A stretch of DNA of 64,000 nucleotides from a virus (Duplodnaviria; Heunggongvirae; Uroviricota; Caudoviricetes), in the IMG/VR virus record IMGVR_UViG_3300021354_000005, positions 13,561 through 77,560 of that record; one strand, given 5' to 3'. The translations under genes were made by a program, and so were the position numbers. The notes under the pieces are model-generated. The model did no database searches. It worked only from the letters and a program-made list of their open reading frames with translations, and had not been told where the DNA came from. Positions 10,112-19,791 of the stretch are shown here, piece after piece. The stretch's first letter is position 1. Each line of letters starts with the position of its first letter.

Positions 10112-10732
10112 TTAGCTTGCAGTAAATGAAAAATTGAAGTAGAACATTGCAGTTGAACCTAATCCCCATCCACTACCATCTCCATTGAAAACTAATTTCA
10201 CTGAAGGTGTATTATTATTTACAGTACTTGTTGGACTAATTGCAATACTTCCATTAGGTAATATAGTAGGACTTGCAACATTTATATTTGTACCATTTGT
10301 GGTATTTACTAATATCTCTAACTCATCAGTAGCTGTCCAAGTTGTATTACTTAAATATGCATTTGTACTACTATTTGCACCAACACTTGATGCTGTAACA
10401 TTATTATTATTTTTTCTAATAACAACTACAACATTTTTTGCACCATAATTTGTTAATTTTGAAAATACTTCTGTAAATCCACCATTAAATGTACATGCAT
10501 AAGGATTAACTATAGTCATATCTACATAATTAGTACATAGAGCACTATCAGATTTTACTCTTATTATTGTTGCAGCTGTTGGTACATTTGATGAAGTATA
10601 TCCAGTTAATAAACTTGATCTTGTTACACCTGTAGCAAATGCAGCACCATATGTATCTGCATCAGAATAAAGTTTAAATGGACCAGTGTCTGCTCCTGCA
10701 CTAGCCAATGTAATATCTACAGTTTTTGACAT
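10112..10732 (-). CDS. tail-associated protein with the shared TGPF N-terminal domain and an Asn/Thr-rich C-terminal part
   Basis: N-terminus MSKTVDITLASAGADTGPFKLYSD...TIIRVKSDSALCTNYVDMTI is paralogous to the 193-, 301- and 72-aa ORFs. Confidence 0.5.
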   Translation of the reverse strand: MSKTVDITLASAGADTGPFKLYSDADTYGAAFATGVTRSSLLTGYTSSNVPTAATIIRVKSDSALCTNYVDMTIVNPYACTFNGGFTEVFSKLTNYGAKNVVVVIRKNNNNVTASSVGANSSTNAYLSNTTWTATDELEILVNTTNGTNINVASPTILPNGSIAISPTSTVNNNTPSVKLVFNGDGSGWGLGSTAMFYFNFSFTAS

Positions 10733-10747
10733 ATTTTTATTTTTTAA

Positions 10748-13700
10748 TTATTTAAGAATAGCTGTTCCAGCAATTAATGTACAGTTTATAGGTGATGGTA
10801 ATAATGTAGCACTACCAGCTGTCAATCCACAATTTGTAGATGATACCACAACAGCACTTCCTGGTGTTAATGTACAATCAGACCCTCCACATATATAAGC
10901 ATTAGCTTGATATAGTGCACCTGTTCTTGTTGTATTATATGTAGGAGAATAAGGATTAATATCTATTTGTTGATAATGTTGATCAACTCCAACACAAACC
11001 CAATGTACATTAATATCTTGATTCACCCATTCAGGAGTAACATTTATAGCATCACCACTTAAGTTACAATTCAATATAACTGTTGTAGTGGTTGTAGTAG
11101 TTGGATTAGGAAGCTCTTGTACAGCTATTGCATGTAAGTCACATCCTTCATTCAAACCAGAATAAAATATATTGTTTTCTGCTATATAGAAGTTAGGGAT
11201 ATAGCTATGAAAACTTACCCAACTTTTTGTATTTACATTAAATGATAATGTCCAAGACTTATTACAGAAGTATTTAGGATCTGTAAGATTTACATATTGT
11301 CTAAGTGTTGTTGAACCATAAGTCTTATTTATATAAAACTTCTTAAGAGCACTATCATATTGAATAACTCCTACATAAGCTAACTGAGGAATATAATCTA
11401 ACTTGCTGATAATCACTCTATCATACTTACTATCATATACACCATGTACACCTATACCATTAAAATGATTATCTACATCTGCATTAGCATAATATCTAAG
11501 TATCTCAAATGGTAAGTGATCTGTAATAAATCTGTTCACACCAGAACCAAAGCCAGTGATATCTTCAGGAACATATTTACCATACATACTTAATGATATC
11601 AAAAATATCTGACCTCTCTTAGCATCTATTGTAATTTGTCCTTGAGGAATCTTTAATAAGAACTTATTCTGTGTACCTACATATCCAAGATTTGTTTCAG
11701 CAAAATCTACTGGAGGATTGCCAAACAATGAAGGATTACCCAAATAAGCAGCTTGAGGATTACTTGTATTCATTGTTAACAATGTATTGTATAACAATGA
11801 CTTATTCTCAAATCTAGCTAGAATAGATTTATTCTGAATACCATCTAAAGAAACTAACTTACCAAAGTTTTCTGGAAAGTCAAAGAAAGAAATAGGTGCA
11901 TAGTTTAACCAGCTATTAACTCTTGTACTAGGATTAGATGATTGTTGTTCAGAATATATAACTCTAAATGGATAGTATGTATAACAATTATCAGGTTTCC
12001 AATCTACAGGCAAATGAGAGAAATAGTTTTCTTTATTTTGCTTAGAGAACGTAACATTATATGTATATGTATTATCAAAAGCAATAGGAACAAAAGATTG
12101 TTGTAACCAGTTGTCAGGAATACCAGAGCTTACATGAGGATAGAAGTCTCCTTCTTGATTGTTAAATGCTTGACGTAAATCAGTATTGATAGAAGATTCT
12201 ACATAGAAATATGGTATACCATATGCAAATAAATAGAACTTACCATCATAATAAGCATTTGTTGTACTTACAGTTACAGTTCCAGTCAAATCTTTAGTTG
12301 TACTAGTTGTAGTTGTAGTTGTACTTCCAATTGCTGGATTATTAGGACAGTCAAAGTAATGAGCTTTAACTGATATAATATTTTTAAGACTTGTTTTACC
12401 TGCTTGATAATTACTTAAAATAGACCTAGAAGAATGCCAGTATTGTGGATAAGCCACATTACCTATTTCATCATAATATATATCACTGTCATCAGGAGCT
12501 CCCACTCTATTATCAATAAAGAAAGGAAGTTTGGTTTTTAATGCAAACTTTCCAATAAATGTATCTCCACCAAATATTGTTTCATCTGTACCTGCTGTTG
12601 TAATAAGTCTTTGGAATCCTGTATCAATAGTATTATAAGAATACATTTGTCCCCATTGATTAAGAATTATATTCTTAATAGATCCATAATAGGATACCAC
12701 CTTAATATCTTTTTGATCTTCTGGTGTAGCACAATTGCCATTTTCTGATAAAGTAAATCTTGATATATCAGAAATCTCAGATATTCCATTATTAAGAAGA
12801 TTAGGTGTTCTATTTACATATGGAAGAGGATTAGTTCCTGCTGTCTTTAAATAAACAGAAGATTCTCTTTGATAGTTATTTATTGTAAGATCATCACCAA
12901 CTGATTCTACACCAGGAATAAGATATTGATATATATCAAGTTCTCTTTGTTTAATACCTAAACCATTATCTACAGAAACACCATAATCATAACTAGCTAT
13001 AGAGTTAAATGAATATGCATAGTTTCTTCTAGTGATACCATTTATATAAAGTTGTAAATATGCTTGATAAGCAGTGAACATTGCTGTAGCATCAAGTGTA
13101 CCTGTAGTCATAGCAATATTATAGCTTGAGTTCAAAGCATCTACTTGTGCACTTTCACTTATTAGTTTATATTGAGCATTCTTTTTAACTTGTACAAAAT
13201 GGGCTTTACCAGCACCAAAAATTGCATTCTCTATCTTAAGAACATTACCTAATGTAGGCTGTCCAAAAGAAGTTTCAGGTGAATTGAATACATATCTATA
13301 TTTAGAACCATCATCAGAAAATCCATTCAAATTAGCTGGATAACATATTGTATTCTTATTATTATTATTTATTGTTACACTAGCTTTGTTTGATCCTCCT
13401 ACCACTTTAGGTAATGTAACAGAGTTTACATTTATTGGATTACCTGGATAAACATAAATATTAGTAAGTTGTTGTGTAAGAGCATCTGTATAATTAAACT
13501 CCGTGTAAGTAATATCATAACAGGTTAATACATAAGATGTACCGCTTATATTTGTAATAGTAGCTGTTCCTGTTGTTACAACAGGAAGTGTTACAGAACA
13601 TAAATTAAATATTTCATTACTAGTAAAAGTTCTCACTGCTATTTCGCCTGTATTACAATTAGTATATTGAACTGAACCAGCAATACTTGCTGATATACTA

Positions 13701-15568
13701 TAAGTAACACATTGTGAGTTATAAGCATTATTTTGTGCTAACAAAAATGGATCAGAACTTAAATCATTATAAGGATAATTAGGATAGTAGTAAGAAGTTC
13801 CTTCTCTTGAATATGTACCAACATTTCTTAATATACCTTTTGCTACAACAGATTGATTAGTGCTTCTATCTCCTCTAACCACCTTAAATCCAACAATTTG
13901 ATCTTTTGCATATTGTGTAAGAGAAGATTGACGTATTAATTCAAAAACTTGTTCTGAGTTTATTTTAACACCAATTGGAAATACAGCATCATTTTGCATC
14001 ACTGGTAATATTTGATTACCAGAATATATAATGGTTGGTGTTTCAAAAATAGGACTTACAGATACATCTGGAAACTTATGATGTCTAATAGGAGTATCAG
14101 CAAGATCTCCCCATACATCTGTATTACATGGATAAAGTTCTGTAGATTCCCAATAAGCAAATTCACCATATTGATAAGGTCCTTTATAAGTTGTCTTATC
14201 TACAGCAGCTGCATATTGAGGAGCATAGTCTGTTAGAGCTCCTGTATTGTATATTTTCCAATATGGAGCAACTGTTCCTGATCCAATATAGTCAGCATTA
14301 CTAGCTTTTGTTACATCTGGATGAGCTTCATTACCATTCTTTTTTCTACCAGGAATATGAAAACCATCTGTTTGCTTACCATTTCTAAGTAAGAAAACAA
14401 TCTCAAATGGATATATTTCATCTCTAAGATAACCTCTTAGATTAGCAGCATTTAATGGATCAGCATAGTTTTCTGTAGAAGGAATTCTCCAAGTTTCCCA
14501 TGCAAGATTAATTTGATTAGCAATCTTTTGATAATTCACTCTATCTATAGAAGTAAGATTATCCCATACTAATAAATCTTGAACTGATGTTATATCTTGA
14601 GCAATATCATAATAAGGAAACTTCTCAATTATATCTGCAGTGGAAAGTGGAATAGCTGTTACATCTTGACCTGAATAAACTATTTGTTTAGTAGCACCAT
14701 CAATAAAATATGTTCCTACCAATGAAACAGCACTAGCACCATTTATAGTTTTAATAACAGCCAAGTTATAATATTCAAAATACCCTGTAAGATCTATATT
14801 ACTAATATCTATTGCAATCGATTTACCCACAGGATAGTTAAAATCATTTGTGGTAAGTTGAGGATTAGCAATAGGTGTAGGATTGGTTACTGAATAGTAA
14901 GAAGTGTAAGCATCTCCTAGAGCACTACAGTATTGAATGGCAAACTGATATGTTCCAGCTATTAAAGCTCCACCATTAAGAATACTATTAATTGATAATT
15001 GTGGTATATTAAAATTAGGCTGAATACTTAACTTATTACAATCAATTACAGGAAGTTCAATTGGGTTACAAATAACTCCATCTGGATAAATTGTAGTAAG
15101 TGGAGGATTATTTAAATCTATAAATCTTCTAGGATTAAGACCATCTGTCCAATATACCTCTGTTGTACAGTTTGTAATCTTATGTACAGCTTTATGAATT
15201 GGATATTCTATATTAAAATTAAGACAATCTCCATTAATGTATTTATGATAAACACAATCATTATTAACCATATATCCTATTTCAGAACCTCCTGTTAAAG
15301 GATTTGCTAAAAAGAATATATGTTTACTTTGTTCTTGAATAAAGTGTTGACCAATAAGTTGATAACCATCAGGAAATTGTAGGCAAAAGGTATTTCCCTG
15401 CTCATTCTGATAGTTAACAGAATTAGCATCAAAGTTTTCCAATGCAGCATTTAAGGCATAAGTAAGCTTACCTTTCTCAACCTGATTTACGGTTGAATCC
15501 ATATTTAAACCAATTCTACCAAGATTATACTCTTGTCTAATTGGTCCTTGTTGTTGTTCTTCAGCCAT
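10748..15568 (-). CDS. giant structural protein (1606 aa); likely tail spike, central fibre or host-recognition protein
   Basis: 4.8-kb uninterrupted ORF. Two poly-Thr linkers (STTTTTTSTT and PTTTTTTTV) and a Cys-rich C-terminal region. No catalytic motif recognised. Confidence 0.55.
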   Translation of the reverse strand: MAEEQQQGPIRQEYNLGRIGLNMDSTVNQVEKGKLTYALNAALENFDANSVNYQNEQGNTFCLQFPDGYQLIGQHFIQEQSKHIFFLANPLTGGSEIGYMVNNDCVYHKYINGDCLNFNIEYPIHKAVHKITNCTTEVYWTDGLNPRRFIDLNNPPLTTIYPDGVICNPIELPVIDCNKLSIQPNFNIPQLSINSILNGGALIAGTYQFAIQYCSALGDAYTSYYSVTNPTPIANPQLTTNDFNYPVGKSIAIDISNIDLTGYFEYYNLAVIKTINGASAVSLVGTYFIDGATKQIVYSGQDVTAIPLSTADIIEKFPYYDIAQDITSVQDLLVWDNLTSIDRVNYQKIANQINLAWETWRIPSTENYADPLNAANLRGYLRDEIYPFEIVFLLRNGKQTDGFHIPGRKKNGNEAHPDVTKASNADYIGSGTVAPYWKIYNTGALTDYAPQYAAAVDKTTYKGPYQYGEFAYWESTELYPCNTDVWGDLADTPIRHHKFPDVSVSPIFETPTIIYSGNQILPVMQNDAVFPIGVKINSEQVFELIRQSSLTQYAKDQIVGFKVVRGDRSTNQSVVAKGILRNVGTYSREGTSYYYPNYPYNDLSSDPFLLAQNNAYNSQCVTYSISASIAGSVQYTNCNTGEIAVRTFTSNEIFNLCSVTLPVVTTGTATITNISGTSYVLTCYDITYTEFNYTDALTQQLTNIYVYPGNPINVNSVTLPKVVGGSNKASVTINNNNKNTICYPANLNGFSDDGSKYRYVFNSPETSFGQPTLGNVLKIENAIFGAGKAHFVQVKKNAQYKLISESAQVDALNSSYNIAMTTGTLDATAMFTAYQAYLQLYINGITRRNYAYSFNSIASYDYGVSVDNGLGIKQRELDIYQYLIPGVESVGDDLTINNYQRESSVYLKTAGTNPLPYVNRTPNLLNNGISEISDISRFTLSENGNCATPEDQKDIKVVSYYGSIKNIILNQWGQMYSYNTIDTGFQRLITTAGTDETIFGGDTFIGKFALKTKLPFFIDNRVGAPDDSDIYYDEIGNVAYPQYWHSSRSILSNYQAGKTSLKNIISVKAHYFDCPNNPAIGSTTTTTTSTTKDLTGTVTVSTTNAYYDGKFYLFAYGIPYFYVESSINTDLRQAFNNQEGDFYPHVSSGIPDNWLQQSFVPIAFDNTYTYNVTFSKQNKENYFSHLPVDWKPDNCYTYYPFRVIYSEQQSSNPSTRVNSWLNYAPISFFDFPENFGKLVSLDGIQNKSILARFENKSLLYNTLLTMNTSNPQAAYLGNPSLFGNPPVDFAETNLGYVGTQNKFLLKIPQGQITIDAKRGQIFLISLSMYGKYVPEDITGFGSGVNRFITDHLPFEILRYYANADVDNHFNGIGVHGVYDSKYDRVIISKLDYIPQLAYVGVIQYDSALKKFYINKTYGSTTLRQYVNLTDPKYFCNKSWTLSFNVNTKSWVSFHSYIPNFYIAENNIFYSGLNEGCDLHAIAVQELPNPTTTTTTTVILNCNLSGDAINVTPEWVNQDINVHWVCVGVDQHYQQIDINPYSPTYNTTRTGALYQANAYICGGSDCTLTPGSAVVVSSTNCGLTAGSATLLPSPINCTLIAGTAILK

Positions 15569-15577
15569 AGTTAATTA

Positions 15578-16570
15578 TTAGTTTCTTCCCCAACCGTATG
15601 CGTTATAAGATCTATTAGGTAATTCATACATATTGAATCTATTCAAGTCATTCTTAATCCTTCTTTGTTTAGCCCAAGGATCTTGTTTCTTAATTTCAAT
15701 ATCAGCCATGATGAAAGCCTCATCAGACAAACCTTTATAATATCCTAATTTCTGTTGTAACTGAGCAAAGGTTTCATCTGTTAACTGATTAGTTAATGTT
15801 TCAAACACTTTATACTTAATAAAGTGCTCAACATATTCTCTAATACGATAGTTATCAGGAACTAATTGATTACCTATTTCATCATACTCTGTAGCATAAA
15901 ATATCAAATGAACTGTACCTTCTCTAAAGTTGGTAACAAATTTATTATCTCTAATATCAAATGAGTCATAGCTAGCAGAACCTGGAGTGAACTCATGGAT
16001 TGGTGGAGGTGGAACATAAAACTCCCAAGCATTAGTATATTCTACATCACAGTTCTTTCTTACAGATATATTACCTGGCTTAAGTAAGTATTCATTTCTA
16101 TATCCTCTAGCAACTTGTTGATTAGTTTTATATACAGCTTGTATAAGTTCAGGCATACATTCAGGACATCCTGTAGTACATTTTGGATTAGTACATGGTA
16201 CAGTTCCACTTATATATGGAGACACTTGAATAGTTGTCTGTGAGGATGCTTGAGAATAGAATGAATTAGCTGTTTGATAAGGATAGTTAGATGGTATCTC
16301 TGTACACATCCAAGCTTCTCTTACAGCATAGAAGTTATCAGGAAGTCTAGATTCAAAGTCATTCATATGAAGAATGTCTTCAGAAATGACATAAGTTGCT
16401 CTACCTAACTTCTTTAAACATTTGTCTAAATAAGTAGGAAACAGCAAATCATCCACTGCACCTGTATCAAAATAACTTTTTAACTCTTCCTTAACAGTTG
16501 CATAGATTGGTTGAGGAGAGACAAAGTTGTACTTGTAATAGTATGACATTTTTTTAAGTTTTCCATTCAC
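15578..16570 (-). CDS. hypothetical structural protein (330 aa), Cys-rich segment
   Basis: ORF in the operon immediately upstream of the giant gene. Contains CTNPKCTTGCPEC. Confidence 0.45.
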   Translation of the reverse strand: MNGKLKKMSYYYKYNFVSPQPIYATVKEELKSYFDTGAVDDLLFPTYLDKCLKKLGRATYVISEDILHMNDFESRLPDNFYAVREAWMCTEIPSNYPYQTANSFYSQASSQTTIQVSPYISGTVPCTNPKCTTGCPECMPELIQAVYKTNQQVARGYRNEYLLKPGNISVRKNCDVEYTNAWEFYVPPPPIHEFTPGSASYDSFDIRDNKFVTNFREGTVHLIFYATEYDEIGNQLVPDNYRIREYVEHFIKYKVFETLTNQLTDETFAQLQQKLGYYKGLSDEAFIMADIEIKKQDPWAKQRRIKNDLNRFNMYELPNRSYNAYGWGRN

Positions 16571-17030
16571 AATAAATATGTTGATACTTATTGTCTGTTT
16601 TTATATAATGTGAAAGTAACCTAGATGTTGTACGAGTAGGTTTAAAATACCAAAGATTTATATTCTTTAGTCTAGCTGTTTCTTTGAACCACATCCAGCC
16701 AAAGAAATAACCTTCTGTGTGATAATTAAAGTTGTATATTATTTTACCCTTCTCTTTACTTCTTTTCCAATCAACTGGTAAGTTAATATATTCTTTACCA
16801 TCTACATCTTTTAGTTTCTTTCTTTTCTTTTTATTGATTGAGAACTCCCCAAATCCAAAAGGAAGCTTAGCTTTCTCTCCTGTTTCTAAAATATAATTCT
16901 TGAAAGATTCATTATATAGATATATAATGTTTCTCCACTCATCAAATGTAATTTTAATAGTGGGATTTTTTTTGCAGAAATTATTGTAGTTTTCCTTACT
17001 GGAGCTTCTCCAATCTATCTTTATACGCAT
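16554..17030 (-). CDS. hypothetical protein (158 aa), Lys/Trp-rich
   Basis: ORF tightly packed in the operon (17-nt overlap with the downstream gene). Confidence 0.4.
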   Translation of the reverse strand: MRIKIDWRSSSKENYNNFCKKNPTIKITFDEWRNIIYLYNESFKNYILETGEKAKLPFGFGEFSINKKKRKKLKDVDGKEYINLPVDWKRSKEKGKIIYNFNYHTEGYFFGWMWFKETARLKNINLWYFKPTRTTSRLLSHYIKTDNKYQHIYCEWKT

Positions 17031-17032
17031 GT

Positions 17033-17749
17033 TTACACTTTACTTACTTGATCATCTTTGACATCTGCTGTTTTATCATCGTCAATTTTAAAGTATGTCT
17101 GTAGTAACTTTTGATTGGTCATTGCTAGCACTTGTTGTTCTAAATAACCAGGGCAAGCATATTCTTTATCTAATGGATTTAAGCAATATTCAGTTAAATC
17201 ATATTCAACATTGCCACATCCACATTCTGGATACATTAAATCATTTGGCACATCCTCTTCAAAGAATGCAGCCATTCTAACTGATTTCAAGTTAGGATTA
17301 TTTACATATAGATATTCATTAGCTATCCAATAGTATTCTTGCTTTTTAATAATAGGAAGCTGTAACAAGTTTAAATATCTATTGATTGTAATTTCTTTTA
17401 ATTTCTTACCCTGTCCACCCATTGCATTAATTGACCAAACACCTTGAATAAGATATTGATAATTTCCTTCAGAGATACGTGGTAATTTAAATTTAGTTCT
17501 TGCAACAGTACAAGGATCTGTATATGCACAACATTCAGAGATAGGAACTTCAACAAGCTCTAAGCAAGGAATGGTTGTAAATACAGTGTCAGTAGCCCAA
17601 AGCTTTCTGAGGTTTGCCTCACGTTTTACTAATAATTGTGTGTTAACTCTGATTTCAGAAGCTATCACCCTATCTGTAATAAGGTTATCTGTGGATATGA
17701 GTTTGTTCATACCACGAATATCTGAGACCATTTTTCTTAATGTTGCCAT
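17033..17749 (-). CDS. hypothetical structural protein (238 aa)
   Basis: ORF whose start shares the ATG-containing overlap at 17749 with the upstream gene's stop. Confidence 0.45.
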   Translation of the reverse strand: MATLRKMVSDIRGMNKLISTDNLITDRVIASEIRVNTQLLVKREANLRKLWATDTVFTTIPCLELVEVPISECCAYTDPCTVARTKFKLPRISEGNYQYLIQGVWSINAMGGQGKKLKEITINRYLNLLQLPIIKKQEYYWIANEYLYVNNPNLKSVRMAAFFEEDVPNDLMYPECGCGNVEYDLTEYCLNPLDKEYACPGYLEQQVLAMTNQKLLQTYFKIDDDKTADVKDDQVSKV

Positions 17750-18999
17750 TATAAATACTGTTTGAATATATTTGTCATTCCTGAGGCTTCTTCTATTAAG
17801 AATCCAGTCACCTCAGCTTTAGACATTGTGTGACCATTCTTATCATCCCAAAGACTCTTAGCATTAGAGAATGCTGGAATTTGGTAAAATTTAATACCAT
17901 TAAAATCATGACTTACTTCATGATGTTTATCTCCTGTGAATATATAAAAGTTTTGATGGAAAGACCAACCATCTTTAAACTCCATTGGAAATAATGCTGC
18001 TAACTTAGCAGGCTTAATAGCATCTCCATGGTTAAACATCAATGCTGAATTACCATAACTTATGTACTTTCTATATTTAGGAGAGCAGTCAAAGCTCAAC
18101 CTTTCTATGTTTCTAAAGTAAGTTTGTAACCAATTAACCATATGCCATCCTACAAACTCATCATGATTACCTGCTACATACACTATATTTACATGTTCAG
18201 CATATTGTAATAACATTGTAATCATTAATACCTCATGTCCACAAATGTATTCAAAAGATGTTTGATATGTATGAGTGTTTGTCTGAGGAGTGCCCTTTGT
18301 AGTCATTCCTGTAAACTCACTGTTAAACTCATCAGAACCAAGGATATATGTAATTTGATCTAAGTTATTTGAAAGTGTTGCTTGATTAGCAATCACCTCT
18401 ACCTTGTACATGATATTAGCTAACCTATCAGTCACATCATTATTACCATCAATGTCATATTTGTTCAAATGAGAATCCTGTTTGTTAATAATTAACATAG
18501 CAGGAACCTTATTTCCTTCCCACTTAGGACTCATAACTTCTTGACTTACAGGCTTATATGAAGCTAAAAAGTCTACAAACGCATCTTGAAAAACTTGTTC
18601 TGTAGACTTCTTCCCTAACCAGGCTTTTACTTGCCAATGAGGATAATCTCCATTCCCCCAGTAATTCTGTACATATTTAGTTATCTCCCACTTGTCTGTA
18701 TCTATCTTACACTTCTCAATTAGCTCATCTAGACTCTTAATTTCATCTTTTGTATTTAGGACTAATTCTCCTGTACCCTTAGCTATATCCTCTGTAAACT
18801 TAACCACCTTTTCTTCTAGGTCTGCTATATAGTTTCCAATCTCTGCATCATCTTCAACTGTCTCCCTTTTCCTAATATCTAGCAGTAACTCATCTACTTC
18901 AGCCTCTGTAATTCCTAGCTTTTCAGCATAGTATTTCTTTGATTTCTTCCAATGCAACATTTGCTCAAGCTGTTCTAAAAGCGATTGGTTTTCAGACAT
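17749..18999 (-). CDS. putative calcineurin-like metallophosphoesterase-domain protein (416 aa)
   Basis: GNHDE motif (AGNHDEF) and a downstream GDKHHE. N-terminal coiled coil. First gene after the 19.1-kb terminator. Confidence 0.4.
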   Translation of the reverse strand: MSENQSLLEQLEQMLHWKKSKKYYAEKLGITEAEVDELLLDIRKRETVEDDAEIGNYIADLEEKVVKFTEDIAKGTGELVLNTKDEIKSLDELIEKCKIDTDKWEITKYVQNYWGNGDYPHWQVKAWLGKKSTEQVFQDAFVDFLASYKPVSQEVMSPKWEGNKVPAMLIINKQDSHLNKYDIDGNNDVTDRLANIMYKVEVIANQATLSNNLDQITYILGSDEFNSEFTGMTTKGTPQTNTHTYQTSFEYICGHEVLMITMLLQYAEHVNIVYVAGNHDEFVGWHMVNWLQTYFRNIERLSFDCSPKYRKYISYGNSALMFNHGDAIKPAKLAALFPMEFKDGWSFHQNFYIFTGDKHHEVSHDFNGIKFYQIPAFSNAKSLWDDKNGHTMSKAEVTGFLIEEASGMTNIFKQYL

Positions 19000-19104
19000 A
19001 CGGTTAAGTTTAGTTAAAATTACTGTAAAGATAGGGAATATTTTTGATATTCACCAAATTTAATTAACTAATTTGATTATATAGATTAATCAATCTAATT
19101 AGAG

Positions 19105-19175
19105 CTAAAACAAAAACCCCCAGGGTAGAAACCCCAGGGGACTCCCTGTAAACCAACAAACAGGGTTTTTGATAT
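19105..19175. terminator. bidirectional intrinsic terminator / multi-hairpin element inside the structural module
   Basis: Outer stem CAAAAACCC/GGGTTTTTG (19111-19119 with 19163-19171) encloses the inner hairpin CAGGG-GACT-CCCTG and a CCCCAGGG direct repeat. T/U runs follow on both strands. Confidence 0.55.
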
Positions 19176-19181
19176 TTTATA

Positions 19182-19763
19182 TTAACACTGATTGGAATTA
19201 TATGTAAACCCACCTGATGACAAATGCCAACAAATATTATTATTATCAAACAAGTAATCAGTTATAGGATTACCTAAATGATCTCTAGCTATAGCTGTAC
19301 AGGTTGTAGCACCTCCTCCACCTATTCCTGCAAATGAATTACTATTAGCAATAAATAAGGCATAATCACTAACATCTAAAAATATTCTTAGTATTGTACC
19401 AAGACTACATCCACTTGATGGATTTGCATGAAATGCTATTTCAGCTAATGTCACTGAATAAGGATTTGGTGTTGTTGTACTAGATGTTGTACTAGATGTT
19501 GTACTGGTTGTAGAACTAGTAGAACTAGTGGTAGTTGTGGTGTTTCCTATAATATTAAGATCTATGTGATTTCCACAAACTCCTTCAGAAGTAACTCTTA
19601 TTATAGAAGTACCATCAGGAACTGTTCCTGTTGTAAATCCTCCTGTTAATACACTTTTAGCTATTCCTGTTTGAAAAGCATTTGTATATCCATCTAAATC
19701 TGAATAAAGATTAAAAGGACCTGTATCAGATCCTGCTAGTGTAAGCGTAATTTCTGCTGTCAT
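19182..19763 (-). CDS. tail-associated protein with the shared TGPF N-terminal domain and a Ser/Thr-rich linker (193 aa)
   Basis: MTAEITLTLAGSDTGPFNLYSD...SIIRVTSEGVCGNHIDLNI is paralogous to the N-termini of three other ORFs. Followed by TTTTSSTSSTTSTTSSTTSSTTTP. Confidence 0.5.
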   Translation of the reverse strand: MTAEITLTLAGSDTGPFNLYSDLDGYTNAFQTGIAKSVLTGGFTTGTVPDGTSIIRVTSEGVCGNHIDLNIIGNTTTTTSSTSSTTSTTSSTTSSTTTPNPYSVTLAEIAFHANPSSGCSLGTILRIFLDVSDYALFIANSNSFAGIGGGGATTCTAIARDHLGNPITDYLFDNNNICWHLSSGGFTYNSNQC

Positions 19764-19791
19764 ATTGGTTTATTTATTTATTTTTATTAAT

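Noticed and set aside
17749-18999. Assignment of the 416-aa protein as an Mre11/SbcD-type nuclease
   Set aside because: Only the GNHDE motif (plus a GDKHHE) is visible. The N-terminal DxH/GDxxD motifs were not found in canonical order, so only a generic metallophosphoesterase-like call is kept, at low confidence.
19064-19249. 61-aa minus-strand ORF spanning the 19.1-kb structured element
   Set aside because: Overlaps the bidirectional terminator hairpins. The region is better explained as non-coding RNA structure.
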